The notes under the pieces are model-generated. The model saw only the letters and a program-made list of their open reading frames with translations, was not told the origin of the DNA and made no database searches. The position numbers and the translations under genes were made by a program. 64,000 nt of DNA. It comes from Eledone cirrhosa. Its lineage: Eukaryota. Location: the NCBI GenBank assembly GCA_964016885.1, contig OZ024741.1:213156001-213220000 (forward strand), written 5' to 3'. Shown one piece after another: positions 1 through 15,510 of this stretch; position 1 is the stretch's first letter, and every line of letters starts with the position of its first letter.

Positions 1-254
1 TCTCTCTCTCTCGCTCCCGCTCTCTTTTCTCTCACTCTCTTACTGTCTCTCTCTCTCTCTTTCTCTCAATGCTACTCTTTTCAATCGCCCTCCACTTCTT
101 CAAACATCTCATCACCCTCTCTATCTCGTCCTCCTCCTCCTTTTATTCTTCTTCTTCATATCACCCCCCCCCACACACACACACACACTCACTCCTCGTG
201 TCAGAAGGACAGTGTCAGGACGACACTTACAACAGTTGAAATATGGAATCTGAT

Positions 255-310
255 ATCAAAGCAATGAATCGTGTTGACCTCTTACTGACAGGTCAAAGGT
301 CAGAAGGTCC
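255..310 (+). promoter_or_regulatory. Candidate enhancer motif cluster (nuclear-receptor half-sites, TCF/LEF-like site)
   Basis: TGACCT at 275-280, perfect DR1 AGGTCA-A-AGGTCA at 290-302, AGGTCC at 305-310, ATCAAAG at 255-261. Motif match only. Confidence 0.3.
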
Positions 311-760
311 TTTCCTCCTCTCCTCCTCTCCCCTTTTCTTCTTCTTCTTCTTCTTCTTCTTCTTCTTGCTGACATGGAGAATGTGTCATGCTGACACTGT
401 CCGTAGTTAAAACCTGGAAACCAAACGAGATCAAACCGAAATGATTTAATAAGGACATGTGTATGGTCATGTTTTCATTATTTCCAATAAAAACACCAAC
501 ATTTTCCCTTCAGCTGTGTTATTAGTCTTTTCGTCAAAATTCTGTCGTCACGTATTCGATAACCTCCAAAATGATTATTTGTCTTGCTCGATGCCTCTTT
601 TATCTGTTCTTATTTTGTTAACTCCGTCTTATGTAAAGTAGAATAAATATATCAAGTCGGTCATTATATTAAGTATCAAATGTCCGATCTCAAATTGAAA
701 GTACAAAAGGGAGTCGGATATTTCATAGTTAAGGCCTAATAATTTAGTTTACCTTATATA

Positions 761-1598
<838 letters not shown>

Positions 1599-1903
1599 TA
1601 TGTATATAGGTGGGGTGCAAATGAAGTGGGTCTTATGTTTTGGGTGTACGGTTCTCTCTCTGCGCCTATGTTTGTGTCTTTGTCTTTGGAATGTGTACGT
1701 GTGTCTTGTATGCTTTTGTATTTGTATATTTTTCTGCTTCTCTCTTCCTATTTTTTATTGATTCTTATTAGGGTGTAGGGTGGGAGTATACTATTCCATT
1801 CGTGTTTTCTCTTGAGTTTTGGTTTACTTTCTTCTATGTGTGTGGCCTCCGTAAATTTTATGAGCGTTGTGTCAGTTCTATGTGTGGCTGGGATCTTTAA
1901 TTG

Positions 1904-2094
1904 AATTGTTTCTACATTTGGCATAAGGCCAGCAATTATCCCAGTATATTACTGGTACTTTATTTTATCGACCCCGTAAGGATGAAAGGCAAAGTTAACC
2001 TCGGCGGGATTTGAACTCAGACCATAAAGGGCCGTAACTTTTCGCTGCAAAGCATGGCGTCCTACCCTCTACCGATACTGCCAATCTACCTCCC
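1904..2094 (-). mobile_element. tRNA-derived SINE, family 1, copy A
   Basis: Minus strand has A box TGGCAGTATCGG (2072-2083), B box GTTCAAATCC (2007-2016) and tail AGAAACAATT; four further copies in the window. Confidence 0.85.
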
Positions 2095-2162
2095 TTTATT
2101 TTGGTGCTATCTATTCGGTCTCCAAGTTTTAGTTTGGCATGTTGATATAACACTGTTGAGCC

Positions 2163-2360
2163 TTTCTCTACCTTAAGTATTCACCAGTAATTTGGCGGAG
2201 GGAAAAGTCGATTAAATCAACTCCAGTTCATTACTGGAGCTTTATTTTATCGACCTCGTAAGGATGAATGTGGGTTTTGAAATCAGACAGTATAGGGGCG
2301 TAACTCTATGCCACAGAGCATGTTGTCCGACTCTCTACCAATACTAGCTCTTCACCGCCC
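2163..2360 (-). mobile_element. tRNA-derived SINE, family 1, diverged copy B
   Basis: Shares CTTTATTTTATCGACC-CGTAAGGATGAA core and head with copy A; internal deletion. Confidence 0.75.
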
Positions 2361-2596
2361 TATATATAATGTTCTTTCAATGTCCATATCCTCCACAGGA
2401 TGTATGCTCGCAGTACAAGTGTGTCAATGTAATTGGCCAATTATTAATGATTTTCCTTGAATGGAATTCTAAAGAAAGAATTATAACGCCACCAGTCAAT
2501 ATGGATTCGCTCTAGGTACAAATGTCTCATTCTATACGCATATATTGACACACATACACACACATCCCCCCTCCCCCCCACACACATATATATATC

Positions 2597-4535
2597 ACCA
2601 TTATCAGGTCGAGCTTGCTCGGCTTTCTACGACACGTTTCCTCCACCATCTCTGTCTCTCATAGCGTTTGCCAGTTCTTCCGCAGTGCATCCAGTATCGT
2701 CCTCAAGTTGCTATGTCTTCTTGGGACGACCAGCGTTTCTTGCTCCATGAGATGGACTCCATAACAACACATCACCTGCTATTTCTTCCTTGCTGCGCCA
2801 ACAGTGGCCAGCAAATCTGAGTCTCTGTCCACGTATTGACCTGCTGATAGGTGCTATATTGCCATAGAGATCCTTATTTGTTGGGTGTTCCCTCCAAGAC
2901 ACGTTTAAAGCAGCGCGGAGCATACGTGTGTATGCTCCGTCTCGCTTTTTCTCCAGTTTCGACGTTAGCGTCCAAGTGATAGAGCCATAAACAAGCACAT
3001 ATTCCACAGCAGCTCTGAAGAAATTCCTTTTCAGTTTGGCCGGCAGGTTTGATTTCCATATCTTTTCCATTGCATTCAATGCTCCCCAGGCTTTTCCCAG
3101 TCTGATGTTAACATCATGTTCTGTGGAGGCGATATAGCTACCCAGGTAATTGAAGTCGTCAACTTGCTTGATTGTATCGCCGTTTAGACTTCGCATACCA
3201 ACAGAGGAGTCTTGGTTCAGGCAAATATATTCTGTTTTGCCTGCGTTGACATAGAGTCCGATTTCCTTTGGAACTGATTCGATGCTGTGAAGTAGTGACG
3301 TTGCATCCTTAAGGTAGTCAGCGAGGACCGCTAAATCATCCGCATAGTCAGCATCGGTGATTTTCTGAGCTGCATGGCGTCTACACTTTCGCTTTGTGAG
3401 AGTGAAACCAAGCTCTAAGTTTTCGTCCAGGGCATTTCTCAATATATAGTCGAGGCAGATGATAAAAATGTATGGTGCAAAAGTATCCCCCTGGAGCACT
3501 CCTGCAATGATGTCAAAGAAGTTGGTATATCCATCAGGTGAGCGCACCATTGCGCGGGTGTTTTTATATAACATCATGATGGCATTTACTGTTTCCTTTG
3601 ACAAGCCGTAAGCTAGAAGTATCTCTCTCATCCTCCCACGATGGATGGAATCGAATGCTTTTGAAAAGTCAATAAACAGGAGAGTTGCTGGGAGGTTTTT
3701 GGCTTTTACGCCTTCCAAGATACGCCGAATAGTAAGTATTTGCCCTGATGTTGATCTGTTGGTGCGGAAGCCATTTTGTTTTTTTCTCAGCAAGGGGTCA
3801 ATAACAGGTGTTATTCTGTCAAACAGCATGAGATTGTATATCTTTGCGGCAATTGCCATTAGTGTTATGCCACGGTAGTTTATAACCATTCCAAGATCGT
3901 CCTTTTTGGGAAAAGGGAGTATACATCCCTCAGTCCATTTGTCTATGGGGTCTTGATTATAGACACCATTACACAACTCTAGTAGGATTAGGTGAAATTC
4001 AGGTACCTTCCACACTTCAGCTGGGACATCGTCGAGTCCGCACGCTTTTCCGTTACCAATATTTTTCACTGCCTTCTGTAGTTCCTCCATAGTGAAAGGA
4101 CCTTTCTGTATTTGGTGTTCCTCTGTAAAAACGGGTATTATTTCTTCTTCGATGATCTGTGGTGCTTTGCCAAGTAGGTTCTGAAAATGTTGTTGCCACA
4201 GTTTTAAACGTTCGTCTTGGCTGGAGGCTTTCAGTTTGGCTCTGTCACTACTTTTTCTGCCACTAATTTCATTGACAGTTTTCCAGGCTTCAGCAGACTT
4301 CTTATTGCTGACAGTACTCGAGATATGATTGATCTTTCTCTGCATGTATTCGGCTTGCTCAATTCCATACTCACTTTTCAGTGCTGTACAACCAGCATTG
4401 AAGTTACTAAGGTTTTCTGGAGATCGTTAAGTGTCTTTCAATTCTGCAGCTTTTCGCAACTCTTTGCGGTTTTGGTGTATCCTCTATGTTTCCCAGGGTT
4501 TTCGTTTTTTGACGTTTGGTTTTTTTTTGTATGTT
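2597..4535 (-). mobile_element. 5'-truncated RTE-clade LINE (reverse transcriptase and C-terminus)
   Basis: ORF 2711-4345 (544 aa) has NYRGITL, QNGFR, FIDFSKAFDS, GVLQGDTFAP, YADD, FNYLGS, LRFAGH and GRPKKT motifs. The frame continues with stops to ~4530. No AP endonuclease present. Confidence 0.92.
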
Positions 4536-4594
4536 AGGTAATTCCGCAGGAAAAACAAAGGAAATAAGAGTGCTCTATGTAGAGAACAGGGTTA

Positions 4595-4657
<63 letters not shown>

Positions 4658-4735
4658 GAACGATCGACTTTCGTCAAATCGGACCGAGGGAACAATGTTT
4701 CCGTTGGTCTTTCATATATATATATATATATATAT

Positions 4736-5797
<1,062 letters not shown>

Positions 5798-6028
5798 AAT
5801 ATATATTTCGTTTCTGAATTTGTTTAGTAAGATTCTTTATCTGAAATCATGTGTTGAAACCGATATTGTTATACTTTGGGAGGGTCATGTTGCAAATAAG
5901 AAACACACGCACCAGTTGCTTTTACTTCAATTTATTATATATTTATAAATTTATAAATTTACAAATCTACAAACTTATAAATTTCTGGTTGGTTGGTTGG
6001 TTCCACAACCAGATAGTTGTTTATATAT

Positions 6029-6073
6029 AGTCATAGTCCTTTCGTCACAGACTCTGTGACCTCTTCAGTGACT
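6029..6073 (-). ncRNA. Type I hammerhead ribozyme motif
   Basis: AGTCA-CTGAAGA-G-GTCACAG AGT CTGTGAC-GAAA-GGAC-TA-TGACT: stem I, core, perfect stem II, minimal stem III, CUA site. Confidence 0.8.
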
Positions 6074-6190
6074 GGGGATTCCTTTCGTTGTTTCTGTGCC
6101 TTTCCTTTCTTCTGTCCTACACCATTTTGGCCAACAAAATGGCGTAGGACAGAAGAAAGGAAAGGCACAGAAACAAAGAATGGAATCCCC

Positions 6191-6235
6191 AGTCACTGAA
6201 GAGGTCACAGAGTGTGTGACGAAAGGACTATGACT
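6191..6235 (+). ncRNA. Type I hammerhead ribozyme motif
   Basis: AGTCA-CTGAAGA-G-GTCACA GAGTG TGTGAC-GAAA-GGAC-TA-TGACT; predicted cleavage after 6230. Confidence 0.8.
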
Positions 6236-6427
6236 ATATATAAACAACTATCTGGTTGTGGAACCAACCAACCAACCAGAAATTTATAAGTTTGTAGATT
6301 TGTAAATTTATAAATTTATAAATATATGATAAATTGAAGTGAAAGCAACTGGTGCGTGTGTTTCTTATTGGCAACATGACCCTCCCAAAGTATAACAATA
6401 TAAATATATATTTATATATATATATAA

Positions 6428-6510
<83 letters not shown>

Positions 6511-7086
6511 TTATATATGTGTGTATGTATATATGTGTGTGCATGTATCACACACACATATCTATATCTATATCTATATATATATATGTGTGTGTGTTTG
6601 TGTATGTTAGTGTAAAATCACTACTTAGTATTTTCTTAGATGTCTTACACTATGTTTCCAAACCATCATCGTGGCTTTCCATTTTATAAATGTGATAAGG
6701 AAATACGAGAAGAAGCGTCATACGAGAAGAAGCGAGTAAACGCGTTAGACTCTATGATAGGAATGGATAGTGTAGTAGGAAATCCCGTGATTTACCTGCC
6801 GTGTGTTATGTTAGCAGACGAATATATAGCTTATTGCTCTATATCAAATGTGATATTTGATATCGCATCCATTATGAAGGAGAGCGACGAAATCATGCTT
6901 CATGTGCGCATGTCTGAATATGTTGGCGCTGTGTTTTTATTTTGATTATCTATAATATGGATATATGTAAGACAGATAAATTTTGGAGTCCAGTTCAATA
7001 ATGATGTCTCTGTCACCTTAATATGGTAGTGTTCCTCTGTCAGGTTGTTATGTTGAAAGTTGCATTATTGTGGAAATGTCTTAGAT

Positions 7087-7368
7087 CAGGCATGGGCAAC
7101 CTTTTTCAAGAAGCGTGCCGCATGAGATATGTCTCATCGTCAGACGGGCCGCAAGCGGTAATTTACATTTAAAAAAAAAGGGGCGTTAACTCAGGTTGTT
7201 TTGATTCATTTCTTCAGAGTTCGAACACGTTGTTTTCCTCGATCCTAAAAATGATAGAAAGATACATTACGACTGAAAAGTTGGGGTAGAACAATCAGAA
7301 AGATTTCACTTAGGTGACATAGGCGAGCCATTCAGAAAGCATCGCGGGCCGCAGGTTTCCCATGATTG
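7087..7368. mobile_element. Non-autonomous hAT (Charlie-like) MITE
   Basis: Ends CAGGCATGGGCAACCT and AGGTTTCCCATGATTG are imperfect TIRs; subterminal CGGGCCGCA motifs; flanks TCTTAGAT and GTTTAGAT resemble an 8-bp NTCTAGAN-type TSD. Confidence 0.7.
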
Positions 7369-7755
7369 GTTTAGATTAATAAAGACAGATCTAGATAGTC
7401 GGTGTCCGACAAAGGCTTTCGCAATTTTTCAAGTATGAATTGTGAAGAATGCTGCTATGAAAGAACTGCTATCCACTATTACAATTTGGAGCACCGAAAC
7501 AGGGAGAGCTTAGTTGCTCTTGGGAGTCACAGTAATCCTGGGTGCCCTCTTTGCCCTTAGATTGTATACACCCGGTAGCATGTCATATATTCAAAACTGA
7601 AGATTCCAGCTCAATTTCACTCCCTCTCATACATATTAGTTTGTTGGTTATTCAACATATTTATTTATAACAGATACGAAGCACTCTACAGTCATCTTCT
7701 GGAATATAATATCAATAATATTAATAAATTGAAACTATCTTTATAAAAGCATATT

Positions 7756-7816
7756 TATTTTATAATATATATTTCAAGGGTACCAAAGTTTTGGTACGCA
7801 CTCATCAGATAAAATA
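7756..7816 (-). ncRNA. Type I hammerhead ribozyme motif
   Basis: TATTTTAT-CTGATGA-gtgcGTACCAAAACTTTGGTACcctt-GAAA-TATATATT-ATAAAATA. Confidence 0.65.
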
Positions 7817-7950
7817 CAAAAGTTGTTTTATAAATAAGATAAATTAGATAACTTCTTGTTTTGGGATATACTCTTTTACACTTTTACCTGTTTCAGCCAT
7901 CCGGCTGAGGCCATGCTGGGGCACCGCCTATTTATGAAACAACTTTTGTG

Positions 7951-8011
7951 TATTTTATCTGATGAGTGCGTACCAAAACTTTGGTACCCTTGAAATATAT
8001 ATAATAAAATA
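7951..8011 (+). ncRNA. Type I hammerhead ribozyme motif
   Basis: 8-bp stem I TATTTTAT/ATAAAATA, CTGATGA, GTACCAAA/TTTGGTAC hairpin, GAAA, palindromic TATATATA stem III, AUA site. Confidence 0.7.
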
Positions 8012-8052
8012 TATATGGTTTTATAAAGATAGTTTCCATTTATTAATATTAT

Positions 8053-9400
<1,348 letters not shown>

Positions 9401-9532
9401 GAAATAAAAACGAGAATATATATAGACAAAATGATATAGATAAAAATGCCTCCATGAAAATACAGTTAATTATAGATGTCAAAAACTGACTTATATTTGT
9501 TATTATTATTACTATTTTTATTGACAATAATA

Positions 9533-9584
<52 letters not shown>

Positions 9585-9588
<4 letters not shown>

Positions 9589-12500
9589 TAATAAATAATA
9601 AATAAAAAAAACGTAAAGAAAATAAGAATGAAGAGAGAAGCAGGCGGACGGACAGAGAAGAGGGGGGGGGAGTAAAACTTAAAAAACAAAAACTAAGTCA
9701 GACATTCGAACACTACATTACAATGAAACTTATGCTTATTCATTTTTGGGGCCCTTTCTGCCTGTGTGTTTGTTTGTTTATGTGTGTTCGTATTCAGCGT
9801 GGTGATAATGCCACACAAGGGCCAAGTGGGATGGCGGATCCACAGATGGCTATGTAACCATACATTCGCCAATCCTCGATAAGAGTGTTTAAATATCGAA
9901 CATAAACAGTTCGAATAACCGTGAAATGGAGACTAGAACGTCATGTGACAGACTCTCACCCAACAGGTGCCCCCTGGCTCAGCAGCAGGAACCTGACTGT
10001 CAACCAAATACTGCTGATGTTGGAGGAGGAAGAAGAAGAAGGAAAGGGGCCAGAACCAACTGGACGAAAGAATTGAATAGAACTGTTATGCAATGCTACC
10101 TGAAAAGTAACCCCAAGGAGAGGGGCTACAGGAGACGGATGCATAACATCTGGAACGAGATTGGTTTATTTAAATTAGATGAACAAAAATTGGCCGGGCA
10201 GGCTCGGGTAATAAGAACTAATGGGTGGATAAGCGAGCTGGAACTGGAGGAACTGAGCAGAGAGAATGGCTTGGAGATGGCGGGTGTAGTATGCCAGACA
10301 AGCGAGCCAGTGGGAAATGAAGGTGAAGAGGTCCTGAGAACGGAGGAACCACCCGAAGCAGACAATGATCTGAATACTGAGATAAATAATACCTGGAACA
10401 GAGATACGGCCACTGAGGAGATGAGTGCTGACGGGCTAGGACAAGATTCGGTTGACATCCTAAATTTAGTGGTAGATGAATTGAACAATGATAGTGGGAG
10501 ACCTATGAACCTAAGATTTGTAGACAGGAAAAAGTTAAAAGAAACAACAGCTAAGGTAAACAAAGTCATCCCATACCTTGAGGCGAGGAGCCTTCACCAG
10601 TGCAACAATATCCTCAAAGCAACAGCAAATACGGTGAGGAAACTACTTGGTATAAAAGCGAGAGGAAACAACAGACAAGAAAGAGCAGAGCCGTGGTGGA
10701 AGAAGCGACTGAGTGGGCAAATCGGGGAAATGAGAAATGACATAGGAAAGCTTGAGTCACTACTGAATGGGACACTAAAAAACATAGGCACTAAAAATAG
10801 ACTGGAAATAAAATACAAAACTAGGAGTAAAAAGCTAAATATTATCATAGAGGAATTGAAGCAACGCATTGTAGCAAAGAGTGCAAAAATCAGGCGATAC
10901 GAGAACAGAGTCAGTCAGTATAAACAGAACCGCATGTTCGACAACAACCAGAAGATGCTGTTTGGACAGCTTGAGGGGAAAGAAAGAGGCAACGACTTGA
11001 TCCCTGGGGCGGAACAAACTAAAACATTCTGGAGAGGAATATGGGAGCAGGATGTTAGACACAATGCCCAGGCAGGGTGGATTGAGACAGTACAGAGGGA
11101 GATCGGTGAGCAGGCACAACAACAGACTGATTTGAGTATCACAGTTGAAACTCTTAAGGGGCAGGCCAAAAAACTAACCAACTGGAAATCACCAGGCCCA
11201 GATGGTGTGCAGGGGTATTGGATTAAACATTTAACATCCCTCCACCCGAAGCTGGCGGCCATGTTCAATGACTGCTTGGTGTCGGGTGAGGTACCAGAGT
11301 GGTTGACAAAAGGTACCACAGTTCTGATAATGAAAGACCGAATCAAGGGTAATGATGTTACCAACTATAGACCTATCACATGTCTGTCCGTAATGTGGAA
11401 ACTGTTGACGAGCATTGTGTCTGAGGAAATCTACCATCACCTCCACACAAACAACTTGTTACCGGACGAACAGAAAGGATGCCGAAAGAAGTCACGTGGT
11501 ACAAAGGACCAGTTGCTTATTGATAAGATGGTAATGGGGAATTGCAGGAGGAGACACACTGATCTTGCCATGGGATGGATAGACTACAGAAAGGCATTTG
11601 ACATGGTGCCTCATTCCTGGATCACCAAAAGCCTGGAGATCTTCAGGGTGGCAGATAACATCAGACAGTTGCTAGGCAGGAGTATGGGGTCCTGGGAGAC
11701 AGAGTTGACATCAACTGGAGTATCCTTGGGAAGCGTGAAGATCAAGAGAGGTATCTTCCAGGGAGATAGCCTGTCCCCTCTGTTGTTTGTCCTTGCCCTG
11801 ATGCCCTTGACCATTATGCTGCGAAAAGTGAGAGCAGGATACAAGTTGGGAAGGGGAGAGCTTACCATCAATCACCTCCTCTTCATGGACGATCTTAAGC
11901 TCTTCGGGAAAAGTGAGAAGGAGTTGGATGTGCTTGTTGACACTGTCCGTATTTTCAGCAGTGATATATGTATGCAGTTTGGTATTGGTAAATGTGGAGT
12001 CATTGTGATGAAGAGGGGTAGGTTGAGCAGAAGTAACGGGATCCATATACCAACAGGTGAGATGATAAAGGAAATTGACTCTGAGGAAGGATACAAGTAT
12101 TTGGGCGTTCTGGAGGCTGATGGCATAAAGAACAAAAAAATGAAGGAATTGTTAAGAACTGAATACATTCGGAGAGTAAGGAGCGTATTGAAGTCACATC
12201 TGAACAGCAGAAATGCCATAAGCGCAGTAAATTCCCGAGCTGTGTCTATTATCAGGTACAGTGCGGGAATTCTGAGATGGAATGTTGCTGAACAAAAAGA
12301 AATGGATAGGAAGACTAGGAAGCTATTGACTATCTACAACATGTTCCACAAGAGGAGTGATGTCGATAGACTCTACCTAAGGAGATCTGAGGGTGGAAGA
12401 GGTCTTATCAGCATAGAGGACTGTGTTCAGATGGAGAAAAACAACCTATACAAATACGTGACCTATAGTAAGAAGCCAATGCTCAGAACTGTACTGAAGG

Positions 12501-13400
12501 AGGGGACAGTAGGCCAGGGGATGTCCAAGGAGGAAATAACATCAAGGAGGAAGAGCAGCCTTAAGGGAAAATCCCTTCATAGTACCTACTTTGAGAAAAC
12601 TGAATTTAGATATCCACAGACATGGAACTGGATGAGAAGAGGAGACCTCAAAAAGGCTACAGAAGGAATGCTAATGGCTGCGCAGGAGCAGGCCCTCAAA
12701 ACGAAGTGGTTGAAGCACCATATCTACAAGGAGGAGGCTAGCCCACTGTGCAGGATCTGTGGAGAGAGAGAGAGGAGACTGTGGCTCACATTGTGTCCGA
12801 GTGTAAACACCTAGCCCAGACCCACTATAAGGGCTGGAGACACGATGTGATGGGCAGGGTGATCCACTGGCACCTGTGCAAAGTAAACAATTTACCACAT
12901 TCTGAGAAATGGTATGAGCATAGGCCAGAGGCGGTGATGGAGAACAATCAGGTGAAGGTGCTGTGGGATTTTAGGATACAGACGGACAAAAAACTGGAAC
13001 ACAATAGACCTGACCTGGTGGTTGTGGACAAAGAAAAAAGATCGTGCCTGATTGTGGATGTGGCCTGCCCGTTCGACACGAGAGTGCAAGAGAAGGAGAG
13101 GGAGAAAATTAACCGATACCAGGACCTAAAGTGGGAGGTGAAAAGGATTTGGAACTGCCATGAAGTCAAAGTGATCCCGATTGTCATAGGCGCACTGGGG
13201 ACTATCTCCAAAAGTTTCCGGGGATGGTTAAAGAAAATCGGCCCCTTCACGCTTTTTGGAACGCTTCAAAAGGCATGCTTGCTTGGAACAGCAAGAACCC
13301 TCCGATACGTCCTGAATATCTGAGGCTGCAGGTAGTGGCTTGATATTCAATCCAACGGACTTTCCAGTTTACCAACATCAATGACTGAGATTCAAGGAAT
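9585..13400 (+). mobile_element. Near full-length R4/Dong-type RLE non-LTR retrotransposon, copy 1, in (TAA)n
   Basis: 5'UTR shared with copy 2, single long ORF, ~75-bp 3'UTR; (TAA)n at 9525-9583 and 13407-13439. Confidence 0.93.
9926..13323 (+). pseudogene. RT plus CCHC plus restriction-like endonuclease polyprotein with one +2 frameshift
   Basis: SPGPDG, NYRPITCL, WIDYRKAFD, GIFQGDSLSPLLF, FMDD, YKYLG, GGRGL; CRICG..ETVAHIVSEC, RHD, RPDLVV..IVDV..EKINRY, IVIGALG. An extra GA at 12761-12775 relative to copies 2 and 3 splits the ORF. Confidence 0.92.
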
Positions 13401-13406
13401 AACAAC

Positions 13407-13439
<33 letters not shown>

Positions 13440-13500
13440 TCTATTCCATATTAGATGCTGAAAGCTGGAGAAAAAATAGAAAATACATGCAACCATACAT

Positions 13501-13590
<90 letters not shown>

Positions 13591-13601
13591 GAATATGTAT
13601 C

Positions 13602-13632
<31 letters not shown>

Positions 13633-13679
13633 ATTTACATTTATTTATATTTTTAGGTATATATATATATATTTATAGG

Positions 13680-13715
<36 letters not shown>

Positions 13716-13875
13716 TTGGTCGTTTTGGAAGCTTCAACAATGCAGACGGGTAAATCTTCGGGTAACAGAATCCGTGGTGAAGAGAGGAGATGTAAGACGA
13801 AATGTAGAATGAGATGTATAGTTTGTAGAGGAACGTAGGAAAGAGCGTAAAAAATAAAAGGAGAGATTTAATTGT

Positions 13876-13910
13876 CCCTATATTTCGGATTTCGCATCCA
13901 TCACCTGGGG
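13876..13910 (-). ncRNA. Degenerate minimal hammerhead motif
   Basis: CCC-CAGGTGA-T-GGAT GCGAA ATCC-GAAA-TATA-GGG; two core mismatches to CTGANGA. Confidence 0.35.
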
Positions 13911-13992
13911 GGTTTAAGTTATCTGTCAGAGAGGAACGGTACGTTTGCCTGTGTTGGCCGCCGTTTGTATATATATATATATATATATATAA

Positions 13993-14239
13993 ATGAAGTA
14001 TTTCCGTAGAAAAGGTAAAGGAAAAGAGAGTGCTCTATGTAGGCTACAGAGCTGTTTAGTTATGTAATAAACAACATAAGATAATTATTTCATTTATCAG
14101 TGGTTTCTTGAAGACAGATATTTACATGTCTTTAGTCGTAATAAACATAGAATGTTTATTAAATATGGATTTGAAAACAAAACTTAGGGAAACTACTGGT
14201 AAATGAAATAATTATCTTATGTTGTTTATTACATAACTA
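13993..14239. repeat. TA-embedded foldback element with hammerhead 3' half
   Basis: 14057-14107 inverted at 14189-14239; arm consensus GAAACCACTGGTA-AATG; related sequence at ~4540-4590 and ~28622-28765. Confidence 0.7.
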
Positions 14240-14701
14240 TATATATATATATATACGTCTGTGTGTGTGTGTGAGTGTGTGTGTGTGTGTATATATGAAT
14301 GAATATATATGATGGGTATTTGTGAGTGCATGCGAGTGTTGGTCCTACGTCTGTTTCGTCGATGAGTGTCCCAATTGCACGATCAACAGAACAGTCATAT
14401 AGTGAAGTTAACGGGCTAATGGCTGAGAATTTCAAAGACAAGTGTGCATTTAAAACAACTCTCATTACAATTCCAAACGACACAGCGTGCGACCCTCCAC
14501 ATTACAAACACAATATATATTTGTCAGCTGGGATATAAAGTGTCTTGCTAAAATATCGCTGAATATTTACCTGAAAACTATAGATTCGTTAGCCGAAATC
14601 TATCCCCTAAATTATCTGCGTTCATACACCCGCACACACACACAAACGCACGCACGCACACACACGCACACACGCACACACACACACATACAAACATATA
14701 T

Positions 14702-14790
14702 ATAACGAAGGAAGTGTGGTAAGGAACCAAGTGGACCATAACGCACCAGAATACTCAATACTTAGGGTAGTAGAGTGGGTAATAGGAAAA
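14702..14790 (-). repeat. Dispersed TA-anchored repeat family X (probable PLE pseudo-LTR end)
   Basis: AACGAAGGAAGTGTGGTAAGGAACC..CTCAATACTTAGGGTAGTAGAGTGGGTAATAGGAAA recurs at ~18166, ~27395 and ~59120. Confidence 0.75.
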
Positions 14791-15510
14791 CAGAACTTGC
14801 CTGTAGAACAATGAGGGAGTGGGTGGAGCCCGTCAAACGTTGAAAGTGAATTCTATACAGTAAATTCTAAGGAGTGTGGATGAAATAAGTTAGCTAGAAA
14901 GCAGACGAATAAAGAATTTTAGAGGAATCTGAGAGTGGGAAGTTATAAAATTAAAAAGTTAATAAATTGAAATAAAAAAATAAAAAAATAATAATAAATG
15001 AAAATAATAATAATATTAAAAAATTAAATAATTAAAAATAATTAAAAAACTAGAGTCTAAAACAGCTGCTATATTTTTAGCTGGTATTGCTTTTTCGGCC
15101 AATGCTATATAGAAGGGCTGTCTCAGGGTAAGCGAAAGAGGAAAAAGGAAAAGGAGGAGGAGAGGGGATGGAAGGAAGAGAGAAGAAGAGATAAAGGGAA
15201 AAAGGAAAAGAAGTACATCTACCTATGTATGCTGGGGTTTCCTCTACCTTGTTTGGCAAGTGGGGAAAAGAAGGATGTTGCAACCATTGTCTACCCAGCA
15301 TTGTAAACATGCCAACACAGGAGCAGGAATGAAGTGTTTATTCTACTGACATGGCTTTAAAAATGAGGCTTGTTTGCATAATTACAAACGAATCGAATGT
15401 TATCATTAATATTCGATGGGCTCAGCTTACACACACATCTATATATACATATAGGAAAAAGTATGACCCCGACGGCAGAGCTCTAGCCGTTTCGACATAT
15501 ATATATATAT

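Larger units (their letters stand above)
5863..6401. repeat. Near-perfect 267-bp-arm foldback of PLE pseudo-LTR sequence
   Basis: 5863-6129 is the reverse complement of 6135-6401 with a 5-nt loop GCCAA and few mismatches; end motif shared with the 4736-5580 element. Confidence 0.95.
7715..8052. repeat. Foldback (~120-bp arms) carrying paired hammerheads
   Basis: 7715-7836 inverted at 7929-8052; right arm runs into (TA)n; spacer contains a short SINE-tail-like piece (7882-7928). Confidence 0.9.

Noticed and set aside
4654-4713. Small hairpin island between TA tracts
   Set aside because: Structured but lacks a hammerhead core and has no second copy in the window.
6640-6945. 101-aa non-repetitive ORF
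   Set aside because: No recognisable motif or supported splice structure.
9795-9890. HDV-like ribozyme in the Dong 5'UTR
   Set aside because: Could not assemble the nested double pseudoknot by eye, and this part differs between copies 1 and 2.
10126-13250. Antisense ORFs over the Dong elements
   Set aside because: Shadow frames of the sense ORF.
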